Assembly (NCBI RefSeq): GCF_001194135.2
Contig: NC_068986.1
Location: 55,342,885-55,403,979 of the forward strand
Direction of reading: 5' to 3'
DNA length: 61,095 nt
From: Octopus bimaculoides
Lineage: Eukaryota
The notes beneath the pieces are model-generated. The model made no database searches. It saw only the letters and a list, made by a program, of their open reading frames with translations, and was not told the origin of the DNA. The position numbers and the translations under genes were made by a program. Below are positions 1 to 12,339 of the stretch, piece after piece. Numbering within the stretch: the stretch's first letter is position 1; each line of letters starts with the position of its first letter.

Positions 1-69
1 TATATATATATATATATATAGATATATATATATATATTTATGCATGTATGTTATATATATATATATATA

Positions 70-399
70 GGAGGAGCACTCCATAGGTTATGATGATGAG
101 GGTCTCCCAGCTGACACGATCAATGGAACAGCTTGCTTGTGAAATTAAGGGGCAAGTGGCTGAGCATTCCACAGACATGTGTACCCTTAATGCAGTTCTC
201 AGGGGGATTCAGCATGACACAGAGTGTGACAAGGGTGGCTCTTTGAAATACAAGTACTATTTATTTTTGTCAGCTGAGTGGAGTGGAGCTACATGAAAAT
301 AAAGTGCCTCGCTCAAGGACACAACGCGTCACCAGGAATTGAACTCACAACCTTAGGATCATTGACCGAATATCCCAACCACTAAGCCATGTGCCTTCA
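70..399 (-). mobile_element. tRNA-derived SINE, family B
   Basis: Minus strand GGCTTAGTGGTT (A box), GAGTTCAATTCC (B box), TGTGTCCTTGAGC body; homologues at 33170, 39776 and 21600. Confidence 0.85.
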
Positions 400-1076
400 T
401 ATATATATATATATATATATAACGTGAGAGAGTTAGGGGTTGGGGGTACAACCCACTAAGGGATAGTATCTATCCAGTATACTGCTGGGAGGGTACCCAG
501 TTATTGCTACGCTAGTGCTATACTAGGTGCAATCAATGGGAGCGGGTAAAAGTGGAGGTTTTACCCAAAATTTGTGTAACAATTAGAAAATGGAGGATAA
601 TATGCTGAACCCAACTACTTGCAGACGGTGTATCCCGTTGAATTCATTAATTTAATTCATAGCAAAAGTGACAAAGGGAGGAAGAAAAGAAAAAGAAAGA
701 AAGAACCAAAGCACAGGTGTCCATGGCAGACTATGTTATTTTGCCAACATGGTTTACATATAGAAGTACAAAGTACATAAGGAATTAGAGGATGAACAGA
801 AGTTTAATCTTACAGCTGTTACGGCCTAGTTTTGGCAGACCCCATTATATATATATATCCATCTATGTATCATACATGATATACATTCACTGTTGAGAAG
901 CCTTTTTGTTGTGGCTTTTGTTACTTGGCAGAGTCACCAAGTAATTTGCAAGACAAAGATCCTTTGAGAGAGAACAGAGTATTGGAGGAGGTGATTTTGT
1001 GTCAGATTATGAATGGTTAGAGTGTGACAGAGAAACAGAAACAGGTGTCTTTCTGTGGAGGAGATACGTGGTTACC

Positions 1077-1183
<107 letters not shown>

Positions 1184-1429
1184 GGAGAAAGATGGCTGCA
1201 AAGTGCTTGTGCATACTCACAAGGAATGGGGATCAGAATATAAATGGGATGGTTGAGTAGAGCAAGAGAGAAATAAATGGTGAAGTGCCAGGGAATACCC
1301 TTAAGGTACAGGGTCAGAATATAAATGATAAGGTATTACTACTAGGAAGTAGAGACTTCACATGAAAGCAAAGAGTGTGGGGTTGGGAAATGCAGTCACT
1401 GGTGAAACCTGGCTATATAGTCACCACAT

Positions 1430-2220
1430 CTCTATTCTCTCTGATACACTGATTTGCAATCCTGAATACTTCATGCCTCTGATCCTCATGCTGTAGAACA
1501 TTGGCAAATCTCTTACCTTCTGCTATTCCTTTTGTGATGTAAACCTGTTGCCTAGCTACCCTTCTGGCTTTCCAGGCCTGTTTCTTTGCTTTTATAGTAC
1601 TGTCTGCCTACTTGTTCCACCACCATGTCACCCTCAGCCTACCTGGGACTTCGCACCAGCCACAGATTTGGTCTGTAGCCCTCTGTCTGTTGAGACTAGA
1701 ATTGTCCTCTAAGTTATATGTCACAAATTCTTCCTCCTTTTTGTCAGAAGTTTCCATTAGAATATCTCTAAATTTCTGTTGGTTTGCTGGGACTTTGAGA
1801 TTCTATAATCTTCTTTTCCTCTAGGGTTTATTTCTCCAAGTCTTTCAAGCCCTAATTCTGAAGTCACTAACTAGTAGCCTATGTTGGGTTTTATATTTTT
1901 CACCTGGGAAAGACTTAGCATTTGCAAGCATCTGTCTATCTTGATGCTTGGTGAAGTGGTAATCAATCTGGCTTATGTGCCCACCAGACAAATAAGTGAT
2001 TAGGGGGCTGGCAGGTTTTCTGAAGTTATTGTTGCAGATCGTGAGATCGTTTGCATCACAGGACTCCAGTAGCCTTGTTCCCTCCCCATTCCTAGGGCCA
2101 AAGCCATAACTACCATACACACCATGAAATCCATGAGGATGTTACCCCTCATATTCATTGAAGTCACTAGCCACAATAACCAAGTCTCTGTCATTTGTCT
2201 TTGAGGTATTCTGCAAAAGG
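1430..2220 (-). mobile_element. RTE-clade LINE fragment: AP-endonuclease C-half and linker
   Basis: GYGFGPRNGEGTRLLE, ITYLSGGHISQIDY, QHRLLVSDFRI, then RVTWWWNK. Confidence 0.85.
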
Positions 2221-2262
2221 ACCTTCTGCTATGTGCATACATGTGTGTGTGTGTGTGCGTGC

Positions 2263-2303
<41 letters not shown>

Positions 2304-2687
2304 CGTGTGAATATATGTATATGTATTAATGCATATAAATATTTGATATATTAAAAAACACATTCTCAGAGTATTCCTTTGGGAATTTGACAGCAACAAA
2401 ATCGAATCATACAACTTGACTAACATCCTGGAATTAATGTCACTATGACATTTAAGCATTTAAGTGTATGCACATATTGATTTATTCAAATATATGTGAG
2501 TGTGTATATATATGTGTGTGTGTATATATATNNNNNNNNNNNNNNNNNNNNNNNNNNNNNNNNNNNNNNNNNNNNNNNNNNNNNNNNNNNNNNNNNNNNN
2601 NNNATATATATATATATATATACATATTACGGAGATGTACTTGCATAGTAAGTGACCTGATCTGAGATTGTGTGCTGAAACAAAAAC

Positions 2688-3144
2688 AATTGCAGCATGG
2701 AAGGTGTTTATAAGCCATTTAAAAACACATAAAAACCGTTAGATTCACTTCAACATTTAAATTTAATTTGTCAAAATATGTTCGGCGCTTTGAGACCGCG
2801 ACCTGTTCACTGACAAAATTCTGTGCTGCATCTGAGAAAGTAACAGTTAATTCATGATATATATGTACGTATGGACATGATCACTGACAAAATCCCATGC
2901 TGTATCTGAGAAAGTAACAGTTAGTTCATGATATATATGTTCATATGTATATATCATACATATGTACATATATATCATGAACTAACTGTTACTTTCTCAG
3001 ATGCAACACAGAATTTTGTCAGTGAACAGGTCATGGTCTCAAAGCGGCGAAAATATTTTGGCAAATTAAATTTAAATGTTGAAGTGAATCTAACAGTTTT
3101 CGTGTGTTTTTAAATAGCTTATAAACACCTTTCATGCTGCAATT
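2688..3144. repeat. Inverted repeat (foldback) of about 457 bp with an internal 60-bp direct duplication
   Basis: 2688-2865 is the reverse complement of about 2966-3144 with few mismatches; 2807-2865 is repeated at 2881-2940. Confidence 0.92.
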
Positions 3145-3209
<65 letters not shown>

Positions 3210-3327
3210 AATATCTAAGGAAGCCAATAGATTAGAAATGTAGCATGCGAATACATGTGTATATAATAGCTATATCTATATGAGTCAGTATGCATCTAGA
3301 TATGGATATATGTATGTGTGTATATGT

Positions 3328-5030
3328 GTCAGGGAGAAGCACCACTGATGCTATATTTCTAGTAAGGCAGCTGCAGGAGAAATACTTAGCCAAAGATAAA
3401 CCTTCATACTTGTTTTTTTGTTGACTTGGAGCTATTTTCTGGTGCCTTATCTGGTGGTCAATGCAGAAACTAGGGATAGATGAGTGGTTGGTGAGAGCTG
3501 TACAAGCCATGTACAGAGATACTACCAATAAGGTGATGATTGGCAACAAGTAGAGTGAAGAATTCAGGGTACAAGTTTGGGTTCACTAAGGATCGGTCCT
3601 CAACCTCCTCTTGTTCATCATAGTCCTCCAGGTAATAACAGAGGAATTTAAAACAGGCTGCCCTTGGGAACTCCTCCATGCTGATGACCTTATTCTTAAG
3701 GCTGAATCACTACCAGCACTAGAGAAGAAGTTCCAGGTATGGAAGCAAGGTCTAGAATTGAACAGCCTTAGAGTTAACCTAGCAAAAACTAAAGTCTTAG
3801 TAAGTAGGAAGGCAGACAAATCACAAATCTCTTCAGGTAGATGGCCTTGCTCGATCTGTAGAAAAGGCATAGGTAGAAACTCCAGTATAAGCTTTGGATA
3901 CAAAAGAGGTGCAGTAATATCAGAGGAAGGTTAACAAAGAAAATAGCTTTTGTGTGTGGAAGATGCACAGGTACAATAAACACCAAAAATGTACAGAAAA
4001 TAGACTCCATCAACTGCCAGAGGTGTAAGCCAGAGATAGTAGATAGCTTTTGTTATCTAGGTAACCAGGTTAGTAGTGGAGGTGGATGCTCCAAGAGCAT
4101 AGCTGTGAGAATAAGAATAGACTTGGCAAAGTTCAGAGAGCCCCTATCTCTGCTGGCAACAAAGGGCCTCTCCCTCAGAGTGAAAGGCAGATTGTATGAT
4201 GCCTCTGTGCAATCAGCTATGCTACATGGCAGTGAAACATGGACTGTAACAGCTGAGGACATGTGTAAGCTTGAAAGAAATGAAGCCAGTATGCTTCACT
4301 TGATGTGCAATGCCAGTGTGCATGTTTGACAAAGTGTAAGCATCTTGAGAGAAAAGTTGGGCATAAGAGGCATCAGATGTGGTGTGCAAAAGAGACGGCT
4401 GTACTGGTATAGTCATGTGACATGTATGGACAAGGACAGCTGTGTAAAGAAGCACCAATCTCTAACTGCAATAGGAACTTGTGGTATAAGTAGATCCAGG
4501 AAGACATGGGACAAGGTGATGAAGCATGATCTTCAAACTTTGCACCTCACAGAGGCGATGACTAGTGACTGAGACCTTTGGTGATATGCTGTGCTTGAGA
4601 AGACCTGTCAAACCAAATGAAATCATAGTCATAACTGATGCTGGTGTCACATAACATGTAAAAAGCACCTTTTGAGTGTTGGGCCTCACGGAGGCAAAGT
4701 GGCCGATGCCAGTGGCATGTGAAAAGCTGCTTTTGAGTGTTGGGCCTCATAGAGGCAATGACCAAGACCTTTGGCATTATGCTGTGCTTGAGAAAAAGAC
4801 CCATCAAGCCAAGTAAAATCACAGTCCTGACAAATATCAGTGTTACGCAAATGGCACCCATGCTGGTGGCACATAAAAGCACTCTCAGAGTGGTTGGTGT
4901 TAGAAGAGCATCCAGCCATAGAAATCATGCCAAATCAGACTAGGATCTGGTGCAGCCTTCCAGCTTACCAGCCCTGGTCAAACTGTCTAACCCATGCCAG
5001 CATAGACAATGGATACTAAATTATGATGAT
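3328..5030 (+). mobile_element. RTE-clade LINE: RT to 3' UTR, with duplicated 3' segment and (GAT)n tail
   Basis: GRSTTDAIFLVRQLQEKY, ELLHADDL, LRVNLAKTK, FCYLGN, AMLHGSETW, RKTWDKVM, then the GAGTGGTTGGTGTTAGAAGAGCATCCAGC UTR and GATGATGAT. Confidence 0.9.
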
Positions 5031-5087
5031 GATATAAATATGTATATATAAGAGTGGATGTATATACATATACATATATACATATAT

Positions 5088-5200
5088 ACGGTAGAACCTC
5101 ACAGTACAAGTGCCCCATTGTACAAGTAATTTACAGTACGAGCCGAGACTTGTTCGAATTTTTGTCTTGAAGTATGAGCAGAAATCTGCAGTCCAAGCAC
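5088..5200 (+). mobile_element. Possible Tigger/pogo-like terminal fragment
   Basis: TA-CGGTAGAACCTC..TACAAG/TACGAG repeats resemble pogo-type TIRs. Confidence 0.3.
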
Positions 5201-5336
5201 ACAAATCATCCCATCTTTAAGGTAATTTAGTGAATAAAACCAGTTTACATGTTTCTTTTGCATTCTTTTTTATATTTGTCATTTTACTTGTAACATCTAT
5301 ATAAACATATATATAAGTGTATATATGCATGTGTTG

Positions 5337-5370
<34 letters not shown>

Positions 5371-5429
5371 ATGTTTAGATTATGTAGATTATATACACAT
5401 ATATGTATGTGTGAAATACTAAATAAACA

Positions 5430-6614
5430 ATTCCAAAGTATTTTCACTTACCCACAGGGAGATATGCAAATAATAAGCCTGAAGAGTTCGTCTCTGATCA
5501 ACTTAAAGAAGAGGTAAGCATTGATTACATCAACATAAATTAGCAAGATGTAATACCAGCTATTGATGAGATGGACTTGAATGAATTCAGCCATGGACCT
5601 GATAGCTCTCCAGTTATTCTTTTATTCTTTTAAAGACATGCAAGAAAGCCTTCACAAAACCACTGTGGATATTCTTGCAGACCTTTCTTGCATGTTGGAA
5701 ATTCCTGAAATATTAAATGAAGGTATAAAATACCATATCTATGAAGAAAGAAACAAAACAGATGCTAAAAATTACAAGCCTAATTCTTTCAAACTTTCAA
5801 ATGTTCCACTATCAGTTCACAAACAAATTGCAATCAGAAATACACAGGACTGGTGGGTACGGCAATCTCTGGGTTACAGTTGGTCCGTGACCTGGGAATC
5901 CACATAAAGTAATGATGCCTTATTCTGTGTGAACATGGCAACATTGTACATTAATTAAATTCTGAGATCATTCAGAACAAGAAAAAGGGAAACCATATTG
6001 ATACTATTGAGAACATTTGTCCTCAGTTAGCTGGACTACAGCTTTCAATGATAGTTGCTACAAAACATCAAACTTAGTTTATAATTCAAGGTAATGGTAA
6101 TCTAACACTACCTTACCAAAAAAATTTGCCCTGGTGCACAAATGAGCTATTGGGAGAAGATAAAAGAACTGACTCTACTTCATAGTGCAGAAATGCAAAA
6201 GATGTACAGTGATATATCTATGAAGGATCCTGGAGGATTGAGCACCTAACTTTGGAAATGAAAGCTATATCAAACTCTGAACTGGTTGCCACTGCATAGT
6301 AGCAAAAAACCCCACCCTCTCCATTTAGTGTAAGGACCCAATACAGTAACAGCTTGGGGTTCTGTTCAGTTTCTTACCAACAAACCTCAGAAACCTGTGA
6401 GGTGTAAATCTGGATGTCTTCAAAGAACATTTAGACAAATTTTTATCTGAAAAACAGCAAGAAACACAAAAAAAGAGGCAGCTTTGTCCAACTCACCACT
6501 TCACCAGAACCAAACCTGGTGAGAGGAGTAGTGAAGTGAGTTGAAATAAACTAGCAATCACACTAATGGCAGTGCCCTAGCATGGCCACATTCCTTGGCT
6601 GAAACAAGTAAAAG
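5430..6614 (+). mobile_element. CR1/L2-like LINE fragment, internally deleted, ending in a SINE-like 3' tail
   Basis: Degenerate GPD, KTDAKNYKP, VRDLGIHI, ILRSFRTR, LDYS, YWEKIKEL, VFKEHLDKFLS motifs. Confidence 0.75.
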
Positions 6615-6619
6615 TATGC

Positions 6620-7010
6620 TATGTGTGGAAGAATGTGATTAATGATGTGTGTAAAGATTGTGAAGGCATATTGTTTCGCTGTATAGTTTGCAAGCCTATA
6701 AGTTACTTTTCATAGAGGCTGCCTTCATCTCTGCTCCTATGCTCCATTTGTGGAGTATATAGTCAAATGTTTATGGAAATATTGGCAGTGAATGGCTGAC
6801 GTTGGCTGAGAGAATTAGTGGATGGTATGGCTGATGTGTGTTGATGGCAGTTGATTGGAACACATTTTCTTTACTTGATGGAATTTGAATATGGTAGGAA
6901 ATATGTTGAAGTGCTGATATGGTACTGCATTGAATAGAACACTGTATGCATTGTTGAATATCGGAAGTAATGTTGAGTATTTTTGTATGTATTTCTACTG
7001 TCATTGTTTG
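6620..7010 (-). mobile_element. Highly degraded non-LTR RT fragment
   Basis: LLPIFNNAYSVLFNAVP..FPTIFK and KTFDYILHKW, weak matches to early RT domains. Confidence 0.3.
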
Positions 7011-7158
7011 TTATATTATGTGATGTTCTTCTCAGGTTATTTTATTATTCCCACTGCAATCCTATTACAACAATCATGCAACCAGAGGGTTTTTATGCAA
7101 TCACTTGCTATGCTAGAAATAGAAGTCAAATCTTTCTGAAGTCATCATATATCCTACG

Positions 7159-7256
7159 AAAAAAAAAAAAGGAAGGTCATATTAGATGGACTACATTTAA
7201 AAAAAAAAAGAAAGGTCATATTAGATGGACTACATTTAAAAAAAAAAAGAAAGGTA
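7159..7256. repeat. Tandem repeat, 38-bp unit, about 2.4 copies
   Basis: A-run-GAAAGGTCATATTAGATGGACTACATTT is repeated. Confidence 0.85.
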
Positions 7257-7994
7257 AAATAGAAAATGATTGTCACAATTAGAAATCCTTTGATCTGTCT
7301 ACAACATCAGCAACTTTTTATAGGAGCTAACAAAAGAGCCTCTATATTGTTGCTAGGCTGGATTGAAATAGTTGCTGAATATTCCCAAAATCACAGCATG
7401 CAGTTTTAAAGGAATGACACATTGGATAACGTGTATTCAAAAAATATTGGTTTCAAATTTTGGTACAAGGTCAGTAAGTTCCAGGGAGGAGGTAAGTCAT
7501 TTACATTGACGCCAACCCCTGAAAGGATAAAAAGCAAAGTTAACCTTGACAGAATTTGAACTCAGAACATAGAGATGGATGAAATGCCACGCTGCATTTT
7601 ACCCAGTATGCTAATGATTCTGCCAGCTTGCTGCCTTGTATTTATACAAAATACTAAGATAGAATTGTCATAGCTTGAATAACTTTTGATTATAGGGTTC
7701 ATCTGATTAGTGCTGATCTGGGGATAAACATCATTATGAACAATATTGCTGTTTCAATGAAGGGCATCTGTACAAAGCCACTTGATATGCTAGAGATAGT
7801 AGCCAAGCATTAGCTCAAATTACTCGACCATCTTAACAAAAACTGAACATTGTACAATATAGTCTGTAATATATGCAAATATGAGATGAAAGCTGAAGTT
7901 GACCATAGAACAATATGGAACTTATTCTGAAAGCAAAGAGCAAGATGGAGCCATCAACACAAGATATTTGCTCACCAGTCTAATAATTCTGCCA

Positions 7995-8500
7995 AATGCA
8001 GGCATGGCTGTGTGGTTAGGAAACTTGCTTCTTTACCACATGGTTTTGGATTCAGTCTCATACATGACACTTTGGGAAAGTGTCTTCTGCTAGAGCTTCA
8101 GGTTAACCAAAGCCTTGTGAATGAATTTGGTAAGTGGAAGTTCCTGTTGAGTGCAGACATGTATGTGAAAATGGCTGTGCCTCCTATAATAGATAGGAAG
8201 GAAAATAAATTAACTTAAAGCAAGATGTTGTCAGTGTTTGTTGACTGAGGAATGAAAATGTAAACCAATCTATGGGTAACTTTAAACTAAAGAAATAAGA
8301 GAAATTAAAAAAGATTTTTTAAAAATATATATAAAAAGAAAAATACAGGCTGGGCTGAGTGGTTAAGAAGCTCACTTTCCAATTACATAGTTTCAGGTTC
8401 AGTTCCATTGCACAGCACCTTGGGCAAGCCAGCCAATATCATGTGAGTGAATTTGGTAAATGGAAACTGTGTGGAAGCCCATTATGTAAGTATATACATA
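7995..8500 (+). mobile_element. Two partial family A SINE heads (about 7995-8160 and 8345-8500)
   Basis: CAGGCATGGCTGTGTGGTTAG and CACCTTGGGCAAG motifs. Confidence 0.65.
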
Positions 8501-8690
8501 TATATATATTATATATTCTGTTTATATATTTGTTTTGCAAGATTCTTGATGTGAAATCGTGTGTTGAAACAGATGTTGTTGTACTTGGGGATGGTCATAT
8601 TGCCAGTTTAGCCAATAAAAACACATGCACTGTATATTTGGTGTTAATTTGCTTCAGCTTTATATTACATTACATTACATTAATCCTATT

Positions 8691-8737
8691 CCGGCCAGAG
8701 TTCTTTCATCACACTTCTGTGACCTCATCAGTGGTCC
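8691..8737 (-). ncRNA. Minimal type I hammerhead ribozyme-like motif in the PLE 3' region
   Basis: Minus strand reads CCA-CUGAUGA-G-GUCACA(GAAG)UGUGAU-GAAA-G-AA-CUC-UGG: intact core, 6-bp stem II, short stem I CCA/UGG. Confidence 0.7.
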
Positions 8738-9107
8738 TTTGCTTTCTTCTTTCTTATGTGTGTCCCACCTTGCTAACTATCAGCCATTTTGTATTTTGTA
8801 TTCCTGTTGTATGTGTCTACGCATGCGTATCCCTCAATGTGTGTCTATGTTTTGTAAGTGTATGTGTGTGTATGGGGAGTGCCTGTATTATCTATATCTT
8901 CTGTTAATACATNNNNNNNNNNNNNNNNNNNNNNNNNNNNNNNNNNNNNNNNNNNNNNNNNNNNNNNNNCCTACTTTTTTTTGTATTTAATTTAATTTTG
9001 TTAACGTATGTAGTATTTAATTCCATTTGTTTATCTATGTATTGTATTATATTTTGTTCATATTGTTATTGGTTTATGGGGAGTTTATTGTCATATGTTG
9101 TGGTTTG

Positions 9108-10410
9108 TTAGGGGTGTGTGTTAGTGTTCCATTCCAGTTTCCTATTCAGGCTAGGTTTATCTTCTATTATGTGTGTAGCTTCTGTAATTTGTCTAAGTGC
9201 TGCATCTGTGCTATGTGTGGATAAGATTTTAATTTCTATGTTGTTGAGTGAGCCTCTGTGTTCTTGCTCAGTGTGCTGGTACAGAACTGATGAGCTCTTC
9301 TCTTCCTTAATTTCCCTCCAATGTTCATTTACCCGCTCCCCTATGCTCCGTGCTGTTTCACCTACATACGTCGTTGTCTTGTTACTGCATCGTCCCTCTG
9401 TACATCTTATACTATAGACCACATTTCTGGTTTTACAGTTTGTTTGTGGGCTAAATCTATACACAGTACAGTTCCTATCAGTGCAGGGGGTTCTACTAAA
9501 AGGGTATGTTCTACTGATAAGGGATTTGATAGGGTTGCCTGGCCTTTCAACAACCTTAATTCTTAGCTTAAGTTTGTCTAGGGCCCTTCTAAAGCGGTAC
9601 GCTAGTTCGCCTCTAGGGGTGGTGTTGACGAACATGACGCTCTGGCATTTGTGGCTATCATACCATGAGTTGGCCTTCCCTATTTTCTTCTTAATCCTTT
9701 CAATGGTGTTCCATTATTTGCTCCTATAGAGTGGGCAAATCCCATTCCTATCATTACATTTGATGGTTTCAAATTTCTTCATAGCTCCTTTGTATACTCT
9801 GATCCTTTCTTTATGGCTGTAACCTGAGAACTGCATGCGGTGAACGAAATGTTGTATATGTCTCTTTAACTCTGTAGGGTTGCACATGCAGGACACATTT
9901 CGCATTACTCTGACGAGGTCTGCCATCAATATATTGAATTTGGCATTGTCCACAATAGCCGAGTTCTGGTGGATCAGGTATTTGGAGGCCATAGGTTTGG
10001 CATAGTGTGAATGAAGGATTCGGGTTTTATTATTCTCAGTTTCCAGCCAGAGTTCTGTATCTAGTACTAGTAGTCTATGGCTAGGGTGTTTTGTAGGGTA
10101 GTCTATCGTGACCTTAATACTCTAGTGGATGGAGTTAGCTATTTGCTGGATGCTCTCCATAGTATTAGTTTCTATTTCTATTTCAAGAGTACTCTCTTGT
10201 GGGGGTGTCTTTACCACTACGTTGATATCATCAATATATCGAGAGTACATATTCACGAGTATGGAGTTCTGTGTCAGGCGTTCCTTAAGCCTTCTGTCCC
10301 ACCATACCATGAAGAGATTGGCCACATCACCGGTGATACTAACACCAATGGCTGCCCCCTCGTCCTGGGCGTATATTTTGTTGTTAAACTTAAATAAACG
10401 AACATGTATT
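9108..10410 (-). mobile_element. Penelope-like retroelement (probably Neptune-type), 5'-truncated: RT C-half, Cys-rich linker, GIY-YIG endonuclease
   Basis: One reading frame with two stops: FKFNNKIYAQDEGAAIG..SRYIDD (RT), CTDRNC..NCKTRNVVYSIRC..C..YVGETARSIGERVNEH (GIY-YIG), ending ATHIIEDKPSLN. Confidence 0.9.
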
Positions 10411-10682
10411 AACAGGGGATATAGATAATACAGGCAAGAATGAATTTCAGAGTTAAAAAAATAAGTACTGAGGTCAATTTGTTCAACTAAAACCTTCAAG
10501 GCAGTGCTCCAGCATGACCGCAGTCCAATGACTGAAACAAGTAAAAACTAAAAGATAAAAGAAATATTGATTGAAATATTATAAAACAACTTCATTATTT
10601 TTAATTACATTCAATTTTTCTTTTACTTTTTTCCCTCATTCTTGTTTGCACATTCTTTATATATTTTGTATTAATCTTTTAT

Positions 10683-11050
10683 CTTTTACTGGTTTCAATC
10701 ATTAGACTGTGGTCATGCTGGAGTACTGAAGAACTTTTAGTCTAATGAATCAACCCCAACACCAGCACTGTTTTTCTGAAAGCCTGGTACTTATTCCATT
10801 GATCACTTTTGTTAAACCACAAAGTTATGGGAATGTAAACACAGAAACACTAGTTGTCAAAGGCACACATACACACCCCCACATATATGACAAACTTCTT
10901 TCAGTTTCTGTATACCGAATCCACTCACAAGGCTTTGATTGGCCTGAGGCTACAGTAAAACTCATTTGCCCAAGGTGCCATACAGTGGGACTGAACCCAG
11001 AACCATGTGGTTGGGAAGCAAGCTTTTTATCACACCGCCATGCCTGCACC
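10683..11050 (-). mobile_element. SINE family A, older copy; further pieces at 10440-10560 and 11072-11260
   Basis: Same head, body and tail motifs. Confidence 0.8.
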
Positions 11051-11258
11051 TATTGTTTATTTATTTGTCATTGAACTGTGGCCATGCTGGAGTATGACTT
11101 TGAAAGGTTTAATTAAGCAGGTCAACCTCAGTCATTAATTTTTAAGGTTGGTACTTATTCTATCAGTATCTTTTGCAAGGCCACAAAGTTACAGGGATGT
11201 AAACAAACCGACACTGGTGGTCAAGTGATGCTGATGGGGAACAAATATAAACACAAAG

Positions 11259-11310
<52 letters not shown>

Positions 11311-11471
11311 ACATGCATACACACGTGCATGCACATGCACACATATGCACATACACACACATGCATGCACACACTCACACACACATATGTACATGTGTGC
11401 ATGCACACACACAGATGGTTGGGAAATGATTCAGATTTTGATTTTTTTCACTGGATGAATGCAGTCACATT

Positions 11472-12304
11472 NNNNNNNNNNNNNNNNNNNNNNNNNNNNN
11501 NNNNNNNNNNNNNNNNNNNNNNNNNNNNNNNNNNNNNNNNNNNNNNNNNNNNNNNNNNNNNNNNNNNNNNNNNNNNNNNNNNNNNNNNNNNNNNNNNNNN
11601 NNNNNNNNNNNNNNNNNNNNNNNNNNNNNNNNNNNNNNNNNNNNNNNNNNNNNNNNNNNNNNNNNNNNNNNNNNNNNNNNNNNNNNNNNNNNNNNNNNNN
11701 NNNNNNNNNNNNNNNNNNNNNNNNNNNNNNNNNNNNNNNNNNNNNNNNNNNNNNNNNNNNNNNNNNNNNNNNNNNNNNNNNNNNNNNNNNNNNNNNNNNN
11801 NNNNNNNNNNNNNNNNNNNNNNNNNNNNNNNNNNNNNNNNNNNNNNNNNNNNNNNNNNNNNNNNNNNNNNNNNNNNNNNNNNNNNNNNNNNNNNNNNNNN
11901 NNNNNNNNNNNNNNNNNNNNNNNNNNNNNNNNNNNNNNNNNNNNNNNNNNNNNNNNNNNNNNNNNNNNNNNNNNNNNNNNNNNNNNNNNNNNNNNNNNNN
12001 NNNNNNNNNNNNNNNNNNNNNNNNNNNNNNNNNNNNNNNNNNNNNNNNNNNNNNNNNNNNNNNNNNNNNNNNNNNNNNNNNNNNNNNNNNNNNNNNNNNN
12101 NNNNNNNNNNNNNNNNNNNNNNNNNNNNNNNNNNNNNNNNNNNNNNNNNNNNNNNNNNNNNNNNNNNNNNNNNNNNNNNNNNNNNNNNNNNNNNNNNNNN
12201 NNNNNNNNNNNNNNNNNNNNNNNNNNNNNNNNNNNNNNNNNNNNNNNNNNNNNNNNNNNNNNNNNNNNNNNNNNNNNNNNNNNNNNNNNNNNNNNNNNNN
12301 NNNN

Positions 12305-12305
<1 letters not shown>
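11472..12305. other. Assembly gap. Other large gaps: 18948-19656, 31411-31865, 32788-33111, 51188-51861, 54817-55239, 56146-57080, 57500-58157
   Basis: N runs, mostly flanked by dinucleotide repeats. Confidence 0.99.
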
Positions 12306-12339
<34 letters not shown>

